32,000 nt of DNA from Horticoccus luteus (GCF_019464535.1 NZ_CP080507.1:2490001-2522000); one strand, 5' to 3'; positions 16,696 to 26,752 are shown, counted from the stretch's first letter. Numbers and translations: made by a program. The notes: a model not told the origin generated them from the letters alone.

Positions 16696-18903
16696 TCACA
16701 CGTCCAGCACCGCGATCCCGTGGGCTTTGAGGGCGACTTTCTGCCGGCTGCTGCCGTCAGCCAACGTCACGACGGTATGCTGGGGCGATCCGGCATTGTT
16801 GAGCACCACCAGCTTTTGCGCTTTGGCAAACCACGTCGCTTCCGTCCGCACATTTTCCGACTGCCACACGCCCCATTGGTCCTCGCGGGAGGCCGCCCAG
16901 AAAAGCGCCCGGTGCAGCAATCGCGTGTTGTTATAGGTGAATTTGAAGCCGCTCAGGTAAACACTCCTGCCGCGCCCGAAGGCATGCGTCGTCAGGCGCG
17001 GAGAACCGTTGTTCTCCGCCAGCACCTGGGTTCCGGCGCCGAGAACGAAGAGGCCGTCCGTGTCGTGCCCCAAGTCCAACGCCGTCCCGACGGGCGTATC
17101 GGTTGTAATAAAATGCGTGCCGATGATTCCGGCTGGTTTGGTGAACTTGAATTTTCCGTTGGCCAGACGCTCGCCGCGATCGCGGTCGAGACCGAAGACC
17201 GAGGCGAGTCGGAATTGCCGGCCGGGCTGCGGCCACGCACTCGGTTCACCAATCCCCACCACCCCACCGCCGCGCTGGACCCAATGCGTCAAAATCGCCT
17301 CCACTCGTGGATCCGCCCAACAGTGTCCGCCGCTCCAGGCCGACCCCGCACGGCCGCCGTTGATGACGACCTCCACGCCTGCGGGAACGCCTTGGGCCAC
17401 CAAATCGTCGAAACTGATGAATTGCACGTCCAGCGCGAGACCGGCCAGCGATTCGAGCACATCGTAAAGCTGCACTCCCGCGGTAAAGTGTCCCGAGCAA
17501 GTCCACGCACGCAGATCGCCCCACGCCGTCAACACCGCCACCTTGAACGGCGCCGTCCACGGCCGGCCGCGCGCATGCAGCGATTTCAACAGCCGGAATT
17601 CCCGGGCGACCTCCGTGATATATTGCTGAAAATCCGGGAACGGCTCGACCAACGAGAGGTAGCCCCCGAGGCCGATGCGATCGATCGGCGCCCGCACAAT
17701 TCCGCGGCGCGCATCGATCCAGAAATTTTTCGCATCGAGCGTCGGGTTTCCGCCCGCCTTGAAGGTCGGCTCACCTTTCAGCCCGGTCGGGAAGAGGTAG
17801 GGGTGCAGGCGCAGCTCATGCGTGGCGACGCCGCGGGCGTGCGCGCAAAGCCGCACCTCGAAGGCGTTGAACACGCACTTGATCAGGCCATCGAAACCAA
17901 ACTCGCGAAAACGCGGGCTGGTCGGCTCCACGCCGATCCAGTGATCATCGTAAAATACATACGCTTTCTTGCCGTGCCGGTGCACCAGGTCGATGCACTG
18001 CCGGCCAAACTTGATCACAAAATCGTGCACGAACGCCATGTAATCGCGGTAGCGGCGCGAGGGCGCGTTGTGTGTCGAATTGTAGAGTCCGCCGTGGACG
18101 AAATCCTCCGAGCACAAGGCATAGCCGGCGTGTTTCTCGAACGCGACCAGCGCGCGCGGGCTCACCGTCATCGCGTAATCGCCCCAATCCGAATACACAT
18201 CGCGCAGGCGTTGGTGATCCGCCCCCCAGAACCACGCGAAGTTGTAAAACATCGACGTGAAGCGCACCACGTTTGTGTCGGGATGCTCCGTCAGCCAGCG
18301 GGCAAGAAAGGTCAGCAGCACTTTTTGCGTAGCCGGCTGCATCGGATCGACGGCGGCGAGGTGCTCTCGATCCCCCCAGTGGTTGGTGAGGTGGTTATAC
18401 ATCGAGATCTCCTCCCACAGACGGAACGCGAGAAAGTTGACTGTGTAGGTATGCCCCGCCTGCGTGCGTTCGATCGTCACCGTGCCTTTCGGCGCGTTGA
18501 ACCGCCACCGGGCTTTCGGGACTTCCGCGCCCGTCGTGCGATCGAAGACCTGCCACCACCGCTTCGGACTCGCCTTGGCGTTGACGGAAAACTGCTCCGT
18601 GAAATAGCCCGCCAGCAAGGTGATCGTCGTCTGCGTCTTCTCCGCCACCACGGGAAAACTCATGAGAAAATTCTGCTGCAACTGGTCGCGATGCTCACGC
18701 GCCCACGGCTGGACGGAGCGCACGAGGCACAGGGTCGAGTAGATCGCGTGCCCTGATTGCACAATCGCCGGCGACAACTGGGTGCCATCGGAGTCACGGA
18801 TCGTGTCCGCTCCCCACTGCTGCGCGAGACGGAGCGTTAACTGCTCGTGCCCGGCTTCACCAGGCAGCGTGAAGTCGCCAAACGAAAGATCGGGAGAATC
18901 CAT
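16696..18903 (-). CDS. GH112 beta-galactoside phosphorylase (lacto-N-biose phosphorylase family; candidate D-galactosyl-beta-1,4-L-rhamnose phosphorylase)
   Basis: I call the start at ATG 18901-18903; 735 aa with no signal peptide. Collinear similarity to my recollection of Bifidobacterium LnpA: FTLPGE...WGADTIRDSDGT, MYNHLTNHWGD, VVRFTSMFY, TVSPRAL, HWIGVEP, GGYLSL, YDVLESLAGL..V.FISFDD, VINGG, GVGEPS, TVTLADG. Confidence 0.9.
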   Translation of the reverse strand: MDSPDLSFGDFTLPGEAGHEQLTLRLAQQWGADTIRDSDGTQLSPAIVQSGHAIYSTLCLVRSVQPWAREHRDQLQQNFLMSFPVVAEKTQTTITLLAGYFTEQFSVNAKASPKRWWQVFDRTTGAEVPKARWRFNAPKGTVTIERTQAGHTYTVNFLAFRLWEEISMYNHLTNHWGDREHLAAVDPMQPATQKVLLTFLARWLTEHPDTNVVRFTSMFYNFAWFWGADHQRLRDVYSDWGDYAMTVSPRALVAFEKHAGYALCSEDFVHGGLYNSTHNAPSRRYRDYMAFVHDFVIKFGRQCIDLVHRHGKKAYVFYDDHWIGVEPTSPRFREFGFDGLIKCVFNAFEVRLCAHARGVATHELRLHPYLFPTGLKGEPTFKAGGNPTLDAKNFWIDARRGIVRAPIDRIGLGGYLSLVEPFPDFQQYITEVAREFRLLKSLHARGRPWTAPFKVAVLTAWGDLRAWTCSGHFTAGVQLYDVLESLAGLALDVQFISFDDLVAQGVPAGVEVVINGGRAGSAWSGGHCWADPRVEAILTHWVQRGGGVVGIGEPSAWPQPGRQFRLASVFGLDRDRGERLANGKFKFTKPAGIIGTHFITTDTPVGTALDLGHDTDGLFVLGAGTQVLAENNGSPRLTTHAFGRGRSVYLSGFKFTYNNTRLLHRALFWAASREDQWGVWQSENVRTEATWFAKAQKLVVLNNAGSPQHTVVTLADGSSRQKVALKAHGIAVLDV

Positions 18904-19063
18904 AAAAAGTGTCGGGGGTTGCAGAAAACCCACCGTGCAAGCAAAGGCGGGCGGCGAAAAGCCGCTGTCGTTTCGGATTGTCCGCATCCGCCTCCCTTGC
19001 GGGCATTCCTCTCGTCTTCTCCAGTCGGCGCGCCCCCCTCGCCGGCCTCCGCTCCCCTGCCCT

Positions 19064-21568
19064 ATGTTTACTCGTCATTCCGGCCGCATCCTCCTCCTCG
19101 CGTGCGCCTTGGCCGGCGTTTTCGCTTTGGCGTCCCGCTCGTTCGCCGTCCCGCCATCCGCCGACGCCTTTGTTGGAGACTCAGCCACCGACACCGCCAT
19201 CTACCACCGCGGCTGGATCGACTTGAACAAAAACGGCGTGAAGGACCCCTACGAAGATCCCGCGCAGCCAGTCGAAGCGCGCATCACGGATCTGCTCGGT
19301 CGCATGAACGTGGACGAAAAAACGGCGCAGATGACGACCCTCTACGGTTATCCCCGCGTGCTTCAGGATGAGCTCCCGACCGCTGCGTGGAAAAACGCAT
19401 TCTGGCGCGACGGCATCGGCAACATCGACGAACACATCAACGGCAATACCGGCTGGACTAACAATCTTCCCGACCCCGTGCACGACCTGCCTTGGTCGTT
19501 GCACACCCGCGCCCTGAACACCGTGCAACGCTGGTTCATCGAGCAAACGCGGCTCGGCATTCCCGTCGATTTCACGAACGAGGGCATTCGCGGTTTGCTC
19601 CACTCCCGCGCCACGAGTTTTCCCGCTGAACTCGCCGTGGCGAGCACGTGGGACGCTCCCTTGGTCCGCGAGATCGGCCGCATCACCGGACGCGAAGCGC
19701 GCGCCTTGGGCTATACCAACGTCTACTCTCCCGTCCTTGATCTGGCGCGCGATCCCCGCTGGGGACGAACCATCGAGACCTACGGGGAAGATCCGTTTCT
19801 CGTCAGCACCCTCGGCGTCGAACAAGCCCGCGGGATTCAACAGGAGCGCGTCGTTTCGACGTTAAAACATTTCGCCGTCTATAGCATTCCGAAGGGCGGC
19901 CGCGACGGCGAGGCGCGCACGGATCCACATGCCACGTGGCGCGATGTCGAAACGCTCTACCTTGAGCCGTTCCGGCGCGTCGTGCGCGAAGCCGGTGCCC
20001 TCGGCGTCATGGCTTCCTACAACGACTACGATGGCGTGCCGATCGAAGCGAGTCACCGTTTCCTCACCGAAATCCTGCGCGCCGAGTGGGGGTTCCAAGG
20101 CTACGTCGTTTCCGACAGCGGCGCCGTTGAATTCATTCATACGAAGCATCGCACCGCGCCGACCGCCCGCGATGCCATCCGGCAAGCCGTCGAGGCCGGG
20201 CTGAACATCCGCACGAACTTTACGGCGCCGGAGGCTTACGCCACACCCTTGCGCGAACTCGTGCGCGATGGGCAAATTTCGATGGCGGTGATCGACTCAC
20301 GGGTGCGCGATATCCTGCGTGTCAAATATTGGCTCGGCCTCTTCGATCAACCGTATCGTCGCAACCCGGCCGCCACCGACCAGGTGGTGCGCGCGCCCGC
20401 CCATCTCCACACCGCCGCCCGCACCGCTCACGAAGCGATCGTGTTACTAAAAAACGACGGCGCCGCCCTGCCGCTCGATCGCAGCCGATTGCGCAACGTC
20501 CTCGTGGCCGGTCCGCTTGCCGATGACGCCCACGGCTGGTGGTCGCGCTACGGCGCGCAACGCCTCGATTTCGTCACGCCCCTTCAAGGACTGCGGACCA
20601 AACTCGGCCCCGGCGTAGACGTGCACTACGTCAAAGGCGTCGACGTAAAGGACGCCGACTGGCCCGCCAGCGACGTGCTCAAGGAACCGCCGTCCGCCGC
20701 CGTTCAAGCGGGGATCGCCGAAGCGGTCGCCGCGGCTCAAACGGTGGATGTCATCATCGCGGTCCTCGGTGAAACCGATGAACTCTGCCGCGAGTCCGTC
20801 AGTCGCATCAGCCTCAACTTGCCCGGCTATCAGGAGGAACTGCTCGAAGCGCTGCATGCGACCGGCAAACCTCTCGTCCTGGTCCTCAGCAACGGCCGGC
20901 CGCTGAGCGTCAACTGGGCGGCGAAGCACGTCCCCGCCATCGTTGAACTGTGGTTTCCAGGCGAGGCCGGTGGCACCGCCCTCGCCGACATTCTGCTCGG
21001 CGAAGCCAATCCTTCGGGGCGTCTTCCCCTCACTATTCCGCAAAGCGTCGGGCAGATTCCGTTCAACTTTCCCGCCCACCCCGGTTCCCAAGCGCGCGAT
21101 TTCGGCCAGGTGCAAGGCCCCCTCTTCCCCTTCGGGCACGGCCTCAGCTACACCACGTTTCGTTACGATCACCTCGCGATCACGCCGACTCGCGCCGCCG
21201 CGGATGACACCTTCACCGTCGCGTGCGATGTGACGAACACCGGCCCGCGCGCCGGCGACGAAGTCGTGCAGCTCTATCTGCGCGACGACTACAGTTCGGT
21301 CACCACCTACGATCTCGCCCTGCGCGGCTTTACGCGGGTGACCCTCGCCCCTGGCGAAACCAAACGCGTTCGCTTCTCGCTCGGACGCGCCCAGCTCCAA
21401 CTCTACAACGCCTCCGGCCAGTGGGTCGTCGAACCCGGTCGCTTCACGGTCATGGTCGGCGCATCGTCAACGGACATCCGGTTGCGCGGTTCCCTCACCG
21501 TCACCGACGCCGCCGGGCACGCGCCGGCGGAAGATGCCATCGCCGATGAGCACGTCGATCCCCGCTAA
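19064..21568 (+). CDS. GH3 family glycoside hydrolase (beta-glucosidase / beta-xylosidase type), secreted
   Basis: I call the start at ATG 19064, giving signal MFTRHSGRILLLACALAGVFALASRSFA. GH3 hallmarks: ITDLLGRMNVDEKTAQM, KHFAVYSIPKGGRDG, and GYVVSDSGAV (nucleophile Asp region). C-terminal Fn3-like domain: DEVVQLYLRD...PGETKRVRFSL. 834 aa. Confidence 0.9.
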   Translation: MFTRHSGRILLLACALAGVFALASRSFAVPPSADAFVGDSATDTAIYHRGWIDLNKNGVKDPYEDPAQPVEARITDLLGRMNVDEKTAQMTTLYGYPRVLQDELPTAAWKNAFWRDGIGNIDEHINGNTGWTNNLPDPVHDLPWSLHTRALNTVQRWFIEQTRLGIPVDFTNEGIRGLLHSRATSFPAELAVASTWDAPLVREIGRITGREARALGYTNVYSPVLDLARDPRWGRTIETYGEDPFLVSTLGVEQARGIQQERVVSTLKHFAVYSIPKGGRDGEARTDPHATWRDVETLYLEPFRRVVREAGALGVMASYNDYDGVPIEASHRFLTEILRAEWGFQGYVVSDSGAVEFIHTKHRTAPTARDAIRQAVEAGLNIRTNFTAPEAYATPLRELVRDGQISMAVIDSRVRDILRVKYWLGLFDQPYRRNPAATDQVVRAPAHLHTAARTAHEAIVLLKNDGAALPLDRSRLRNVLVAGPLADDAHGWWSRYGAQRLDFVTPLQGLRTKLGPGVDVHYVKGVDVKDADWPASDVLKEPPSAAVQAGIAEAVAAAQTVDVIIAVLGETDELCRESVSRISLNLPGYQEELLEALHATGKPLVLVLSNGRPLSVNWAAKHVPAIVELWFPGEAGGTALADILLGEANPSGRLPLTIPQSVGQIPFNFPAHPGSQARDFGQVQGPLFPFGHGLSYTTFRYDHLAITPTRAAADDTFTVACDVTNTGPRAGDEVVQLYLRDDYSSVTTYDLALRGFTRVTLAPGETKRVRFSLGRAQLQLYNASGQWVVEPGRFTVMVGASSTDIRLRGSLTVTDAAGHAPAEDAIADEHVDPR

Positions 21569-21688
21569 GCCCACGTCCCGCGCCGCCGCGAACTGTCCGA
21601 TATCTCGTCGCGTGCGCCGGCGCCCTCGTTCCTCAGTTTCCATCGTGCAGCTCGCCGACGCCGTTCGGCTGGCACTCCGCCCCACCCC

Positions 21689-23245
21689 ATGATTCCACTC
21701 TCCCACTTGCGTCTCGTTCCGATTCTTTTCGCCATGAACCTTTCCGCGTCCGCCACCCCCGTCCCCCACGCCGACCTTACGCTCCGCGCCGATGAACCCG
21801 GCGCAGTCATCAACCGCAATATCTACGGCCATTTTGCCGAGCATTTGGGCCGTTGCATTTACGAAGGCATCTGGGTCGGTCCAGACTCGCCGATCCCCAA
21901 CACCCGCGGCATCCGCAACGACGTCGTCGCCGCGTTGAAGCAACTGCAGATTCCCGTCCTGCGCTGGCCGGGCGGCTGCTTTGCCGACGAATATCATTGG
22001 AAGGATGGCATCGGCCCGCGCGAGAAACGCCCTTCCATGATCAACACTCATTGGGGCCGCGTGGTCGAAAACAACCACTTCGGCACGCACGAGTTCATGG
22101 ACCTGGTGGAACAACTCGGCTGCGATGCCTACATCTGCGGCAACGTCGGCAGCGGTTCCGTCCAGGAGATGATGGAGTGGGTGGAATATCTCACTTCCAA
22201 CGCCGATTCGCCGATGGCCAATCTTCGCCGCGCCAACGGCCGCGACACCGCGTGGACCGTCAAGTATTTTGGCGTGGGCAACGAGAGCTGGGGCTGCGGC
22301 GGCAACATGACGCCCGAGTTCTACGCCGACAATTACCGGCGCTATAATACCTTCGTCAAAAACTACCAACCCGACCACCCGATCAATCGCATCGCTTGCG
22401 GGGCCAACGGCGCTGACTACAACTGGACCGACGTTCTCATGCGGCAGGCCGCGCCGCTCATGAACGGTCTCTCGCTGCACTATTACACCCTCCCAAAAGA
22501 CAACTGGCAGCACAAAGGCTCCGCCACGCAGTTCGCCGAAGACGAATGGTTCTCCACGCTGCAAGGCTCCTTGCGCATGGACGAACTCGTCACGCGGCAC
22601 AGCGCGATCATGGATAAATATGATGCGCCCAAACGCGTCGGCTTGATCGTCGACGAATGGGGCACGTGGTATGATGTCGAACCCAACACCAACCCCGGTT
22701 TCCTCTACCAGCAAAACACGCTGCGTGATGCCCTCGTGGCGGCGCTCAATTTTCATATCTTCCAAGCGCATGCCGATCGCGTCGCGATGGCCAACATCGC
22801 GCAAACCGTGAACGTGCTGCAGGCCGTCCTCCTCACCGACGGCGCGAACATGATCCGCACGCCGACCTACCACGTTTTTGAAATGTATAAGGTTCATCAA
22901 GGCGCCACGACCCTCCACCTCGATCTCACGTCGCCCGACTACACCTACGGCGGACAACGCATTCCCGCCGTCAGCGCCTCCGCTTCGCGCGATGCCGCAG
23001 GCAACGTTCATCTGTCGCTCGTAAATACCGACCCGCACGAGGCCGTCACCGTGACGTGCCGGCTCGTCGGCCTCGCGCCTCACGACATCGCCGGCCGCGT
23101 GCTCACCGCGCCGGCGATGAATGCGCATAACACCTTTGCGCAACCCGAGGTCGTGGTTCCGCAGCCCTTCCACGATGCAACCCTCTCCGGCGAAAATCTC
23201 ACGATCAACCTGCCGTCCAAATCCGTGGTCGTGCTCACTCTCTAA
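21689..23245 (+). CDS. abfA: GH51 alpha-L-arabinofuranosidase
   Basis: ATG at 21689, 518 aa. Motifs: [43 protein letters not shown], acid/base motif [12 protein letters not shown], nucleophile motif [10 protein letters not shown]. The hydrophobic N-terminus suggests export. Confidence 0.9.
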   Translation: MIPLSHLRLVPILFAMNLSASATPVPHADLTLRADEPGAVINRNIYGHFAEHLGRCIYEGIWVGPDSPIPNTRGIRNDVVAALKQLQIPVLRWPGGCFADEYHWKDGIGPREKRPSMINTHWGRVVENNHFGTHEFMDLVEQLGCDAYICGNVGSGSVQEMMEWVEYLTSNADSPMANLRRANGRDTAWTVKYFGVGNESWGCGGNMTPEFYADNYRRYNTFVKNYQPDHPINRIACGANGADYNWTDVLMRQAAPLMNGLSLHYYTLPKDNWQHKGSATQFAEDEWFSTLQGSLRMDELVTRHSAIMDKYDAPKRVGLIVDEWGTWYDVEPNTNPGFLYQQNTLRDALVAALNFHIFQAHADRVAMANIAQTVNVLQAVLLTDGANMIRTPTYHVFEMYKVHQGATTLHLDLTSPDYTYGGQRIPAVSASASRDAAGNVHLSLVNTDPHEAVTVTCRLVGLAPHDIAGRVLTAPAMNAHNTFAQPEVVVPQPFHDATLSGENLTINLPSKSVVVLTL

Positions 23246-23346
23246 AGTTCTCCTCTCGGCCGCCCGCGTCGGCGTCACCCCACTCGCACGCTTGATTCCG
23301 CGCACCGTTGCGCCGGCGCGCTCACAACACGTCACCTTTCTCAACC

Positions 23347-24564
23347 GTGAAAAAGCTCCTGGCTCTGCTGCTCTTGCCATTTCTGTCCGCCCACGGAAAC
23401 CCGCGGCACTTTGACCTGAGCAACCGGACGCCGGATGACGCGTTCAGTGCCTCACGCGGTTTCGGTTACGATCTGGGCACCGCCCCCACGCCCGACAAAC
23501 AGCCGTTTTTCTTTTCCGTCGCCGTGCCCGAGGGAAACTACCGCGTTACCATCACCTTCGGCGGCCCGACCGCCGGCGACACCACGGTCAAAGCCGAATC
23601 GCGCCGGCTCATGCTCGAACACGTGCTCACCGCTCCCGGCGAAACCGTGAGCCGTGACGTCATCGTGAATGTGCGGACGCCCGCCCTTCCGCCGCCCCCG
23701 CCCAACGCCCCCGGCGGCACCGCCGTTGCCCTCAACGATCGCGAGCACGGTTCCTTCACGTGGGACGCGAAACTCACGCTCGAATTCGACGGCGCCCCGC
23801 TCGTGCGCCGGATCAGCGTCGAACCCGTCGAAGTGCCCACCGTATTTCTCGCCGGCGATTCCACTGTCACTGATCAACGCTGGGAGGACGGCGCAAGTTG
23901 GGGCCAGATGCTGCCGCGATTTCTCACCGGCGTCGCGGTCGCCAACCACGCCGAATCCGGCGAGACGTTGAAGTCGTTTCTCTCCGAGCTGCGCCTCGCC
24001 AAAATCCTCTCGCAGCTCCAGGCCGGCGACTACCTCTTCATCCAATTCGGCCACAACGATGAGAAGAAAAACTGGCCGCAAACCTACGTCGAGGCTCACA
24101 CCACCTATCAGGCTTACCTCCGCGTGTTCATCGCTGAGGCGCGTCTCCGCGGCGCGATGCCCGTGCTCGTCACGTCGATGCAGCGCCGCACCTTCGACGC
24201 CCACGGCAAAATCAGGAACACGCACGGCGATTACACCGCAGCCGTGCGCGCAGTCGCCGCAGAAGAACACGTGCCGCTCATCGATCTCGATCGCCTGAGT
24301 GTCGCGTTTTATGAAACGCTCGGCCCCGCACGTGCCCATTTCGCGTTCGGCAATCACGGCAGGGAAGCCACGCATCACAACAACTACGGCGCCTACGAAC
24401 TCGCCAAATGCGTGGCGCAAGGGCTTCGCACCGCGGACCTGCCGCTCGCCGCCCATCTCGCGCCCGATTTCACCGGCTTCGACCCCGCGCAACCCGACGA
24501 TCCGCAGTCGTTCCACCTGCCCGCCAGCCCGCTGCACAGCGACGTCCGCCCGCGCGGCAACTGA
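23347..24564 (+). CDS. Secreted rhamnogalacturonan-acetylesterase-like SGNH hydrolase (CE12-like) with an N-terminal beta-sandwich-like domain
   Basis: I prefer the GTG at 23347, which gives (M)KKLLALLLLPFLSAHG, a good signal peptide. The ORF track begins at TTG 23308. About 170 aa of extra N-terminal domain precede the SGNH blocks FLAGDST, ESGETLKS, QFGHND and EATHH. Confidence 0.8.
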   Translation: MKKLLALLLLPFLSAHGNPRHFDLSNRTPDDAFSASRGFGYDLGTAPTPDKQPFFFSVAVPEGNYRVTITFGGPTAGDTTVKAESRRLMLEHVLTAPGETVSRDVIVNVRTPALPPPPPNAPGGTAVALNDREHGSFTWDAKLTLEFDGAPLVRRISVEPVEVPTVFLAGDSTVTDQRWEDGASWGQMLPRFLTGVAVANHAESGETLKSFLSELRLAKILSQLQAGDYLFIQFGHNDEKKNWPQTYVEAHTTYQAYLRVFIAEARLRGAMPVLVTSMQRRTFDAHGKIRNTHGDYTAAVRAVAAEEHVPLIDLDRLSVAFYETLGPARAHFAFGNHGREATHHNNYGAYELAKCVAQGLRTADLPLAAHLAPDFTGFDPAQPDDPQSFHLPASPLHSDVRPRGN

Positions 24565-24569
24565 TCGCC

Positions 24570-25436
24570 ATGCCGCGTGTCGCCATCATCGGACCCGGCG
24601 CCATCGGCGGAGTGCTCGCAACGCATCTGATGCAAACCGGCCGGCACGACGTTGTCCTGTGCGCGCGCCGACCGATTGAAGTGCTCACCGCGGAAACAGC
24701 GGACGGCCCGCTCTCCGTCCGCCCCCGCGTAGTCATCAGGCCCGACGCCGCCCCGACCGTCGATTGGGTGCTCGTCACCACCAAAAGCTACGACGCCGCC
24801 GGTGCCGCCGCGTGGTTTGGTCCGTTGTGCGGTCCCGCAACAGTCGTGGCGGTGCTGCAAAACGGTGTGGAGCACCGCGAACGCTTTCGCGCGTTTGTGC
24901 CTGCGGACCGCTTGCTGCCCGTCGTTGTCGACCTCTCGGCGGAGCGCATCGAACCTTCCCTCATCCGGCAACGCAGTCGCGGCTTGTTGACCGTCGCCGA
25001 CGATCGACACGGCCGCGACTTCACCGGCCTGTTCGCCGACACTACGATTGCGACCTGTCTGACCGACGACTTCAAAAGCGCCGCGTGGCGCAAACTCTGC
25101 GTGAACGCCGCGGGCGTCGTCTCCGCCCTGCTGCTGCGGCCGGCCTGTGTCGTCCGCGACGAGCAAGTCGCCCAGCTCGCGCGCGCGATCGTGCGCGAAA
25201 CCATCGCCGTGGGCCGCGCCGAAGGGGCGATTTTGCCGGATTCACTAGTGGACGACGTGATCGCCCGCGAGCAGGCCGCGCCGCCCAACGCGATCAATTC
25301 CCTGCACGCCGACCGCGCCGCCGGTCGTCCGATGGAGGTCGATGCGCGCAACGGCGTCATCGTCCGCCTCGGCCGCAAGCACGGCATCGCCACGCCTTGC
25401 AACGCGATGGCGGTCACCCTGCTCACCGCGATGTAA
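24570..25436 (+). CDS. 2-dehydropantoate 2-reductase family (PanE/ApbA-like) NAD(P)H oxidoreductase
   Basis: I call the start at ATG 24570, 5 nt after the esterase stop. MPRVAIIGPGAIGGVLA (Rossmann), TTKSYD, LQNGV, and the C-terminal motif SLHADRAAGRPMEVDARNGVIVRLGRKHGIATPCN are typical of ketopantoate reductases. 288 aa. Confidence 0.8.
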   Translation: MPRVAIIGPGAIGGVLATHLMQTGRHDVVLCARRPIEVLTAETADGPLSVRPRVVIRPDAAPTVDWVLVTTKSYDAAGAAAWFGPLCGPATVVAVLQNGVEHRERFRAFVPADRLLPVVVDLSAERIEPSLIRQRSRGLLTVADDRHGRDFTGLFADTTIATCLTDDFKSAAWRKLCVNAAGVVSALLLRPACVVRDEQVAQLARAIVRETIAVGRAEGAILPDSLVDDVIAREQAAPPNAINSLHADRAAGRPMEVDARNGVIVRLGRKHGIATPCNAMAVTLLTAM

Positions 25437-25438
25437 GC

Positions 25439-26752
25439 TCACTTCGCCTTCGCAATCTCGACCGCATACACCTGCGTCGCGCCGTGCATGTTCGAGCGGA
25501 AGATGAGCCATTTCTGATCCGGCGAAAACGTGACGTTGGGCTCAAGTTTGTAGTTGTGGCTCGACAGGTTGACCATTTTTTCCGCCACCAGCCGTCCGGG
25601 ATGAATCAAACCCGCCGCGTTGGGCGCTTTGATGCCGGCGACATCGGGAATACCGTGCGGGCGAAACAGGTAGAGCCATTTGCCATCAGGCGCGTGCGCC
25701 ACCATCTCGCGGTCTCCACCGTCGCCGGCGAACAACGTGCCGTCCGGTGAGACGTTGAAGTGCACCGACCATTCGTTGCGATCGAGCGCATACCACGTGC
25801 GCCGGCCCGTCGCCACGTCGTAGCCCGCCACCCAGAAGACTTCGCCGCGCGGCGTCTGCAAGTCATACCAGATGGTTTTGCCGTCCGCCCCGAACCACTC
25901 GTGGCCCCAGATTTCCATGTTCATGGTCCGCGTGTGCACCTTCGTCAGGCCCGTGCCATCCGTGCGAATGGTCCAAAGTCGATCCACCTCGTGCCACGGC
26001 CCCTCGTGGCAAAACATCAGCAAACCCGGATCCGTCGGCGAAAATTGGAGATGGTTGAGCCACTCGCTCTCCCGGTGAATGACGCGCACTTCGCCCGTCG
26101 TAAGATTGAGGGTGAAGAGCGACCGCGGCGGCTCGGCGTGAATGCGCGCGAGTTGCTCGTGCAGGCGGTATTCCTTCGCCTCGGCAAACACCATGGGCGT
26201 GCCGTCCGGCCATTTCGCCGTATACTCCGCCTGCCCAATCGTGCGCTTCTTGTCGGTCTTGTCCGCCGCCCCTCCGCGCTGCCAGCCGTGCTCTTCATCG
26301 ACGGCGGAAAAAGTCCCGGCCATCAAGGTCTCGTCGGCGTTGACGGTGGCCACGCCGCCGCGCGGCACGCGCACGAGTTTGCGGATCGCCTTGGTTTCGG
26401 GGTCCGCCGCGTAGATCCAGTTTTCCGCGCCTTCGCGTTTCGAATAATAAATCGCGCCGGTTTTGTGCCCCACCACAATGACGGTGGCGGGTGCCGGCAC
26501 CACAAGTTCGATCGCCCGCGTGGCCAGATCGATCGTCGAGATGCCGCTCGGCGAAGTCACAATGAGTTTTCGCCCATCGGGCGTGTAGGCGTTTTGGTTG
26601 AAGTAGAGACTGTGCGTGCCGGGTTCGCGGGAGAGCTGCACCACGCGATGACCCGTCGCCGGATCGACCCACTCCGTGGGAAACTCCGCTGCCGTGGCGG
26701 TCGTCCCGGCCGTCAACAGGATCAGCAGGAAGGGTAAAAGAGAATTTTTCAT
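25439..26752 (-). CDS. ogl: PL22 oligogalacturonate lyase (Ogl family), secreted
   Basis: I call the start at the internal ATG 26750-26752, giving signal MKNSLLPFLLILLTAGTTATAAE. 437 aa. The core IHRESEWLNHLQFSPTDPGLLMFCHEGPWHEVDRLWTIRTDGTGLTKV...GHEWFGADG is collinear with enterobacterial Ogl (IHQENQWLGHP...FCHEGPHDLVDARMWFINEDGSN...THEFWVPDG). Confidence 0.85.
   Translation of the reverse strand: MKNSLLPFLLILLTAGTTATAAEFPTEWVDPATGHRVVQLSREPGTHSLYFNQNAYTPDGRKLIVTSPSGISTIDLATRAIELVVPAPATVIVVGHKTGAIYYSKREGAENWIYAADPETKAIRKLVRVPRGGVATVNADETLMAGTFSAVDEEHGWQRGGAADKTDKKRTIGQAEYTAKWPDGTPMVFAEAKEYRLHEQLARIHAEPPRSLFTLNLTTGEVRVIHRESEWLNHLQFSPTDPGLLMFCHEGPWHEVDRLWTIRTDGTGLTKVHTRTMNMEIWGHEWFGADGKTIWYDLQTPRGEVFWVAGYDVATGRRTWYALDRNEWSVHFNVSPDGTLFAGDGGDREMVAHAPDGKWLYLFRPHGIPDVAGIKAPNAAGLIHPGRLVAEKMVNLSSHNYKLEPNVTFSPDQKWLIFRSNMHGATQVYAVEIAKAK

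Noticed and set aside
16528-18756. 742-aa plus-strand ORF
   Set aside because: It is entirely antisense to the well-supported GH112 gene. The translation is Arg/Pro/Ala-rich low-complexity text typical of the reverse frame of GC-rich genes.
18782-19063. 94-aa N-terminal extension of the GH3 ORF, overlapping the GH112 start region
   Set aside because: The extension is Arg/Pro/Cys-rich and overlaps the divergent GH112 gene. The internal ATG at 19064 yields a canonical Sec signal peptide.
21467-23380. 637-aa minus-strand ORF
   Set aside because: It is antisense to the GH51 arabinofuranosidase gene, which has clear catalytic motifs. This ORF has no motifs of its own.
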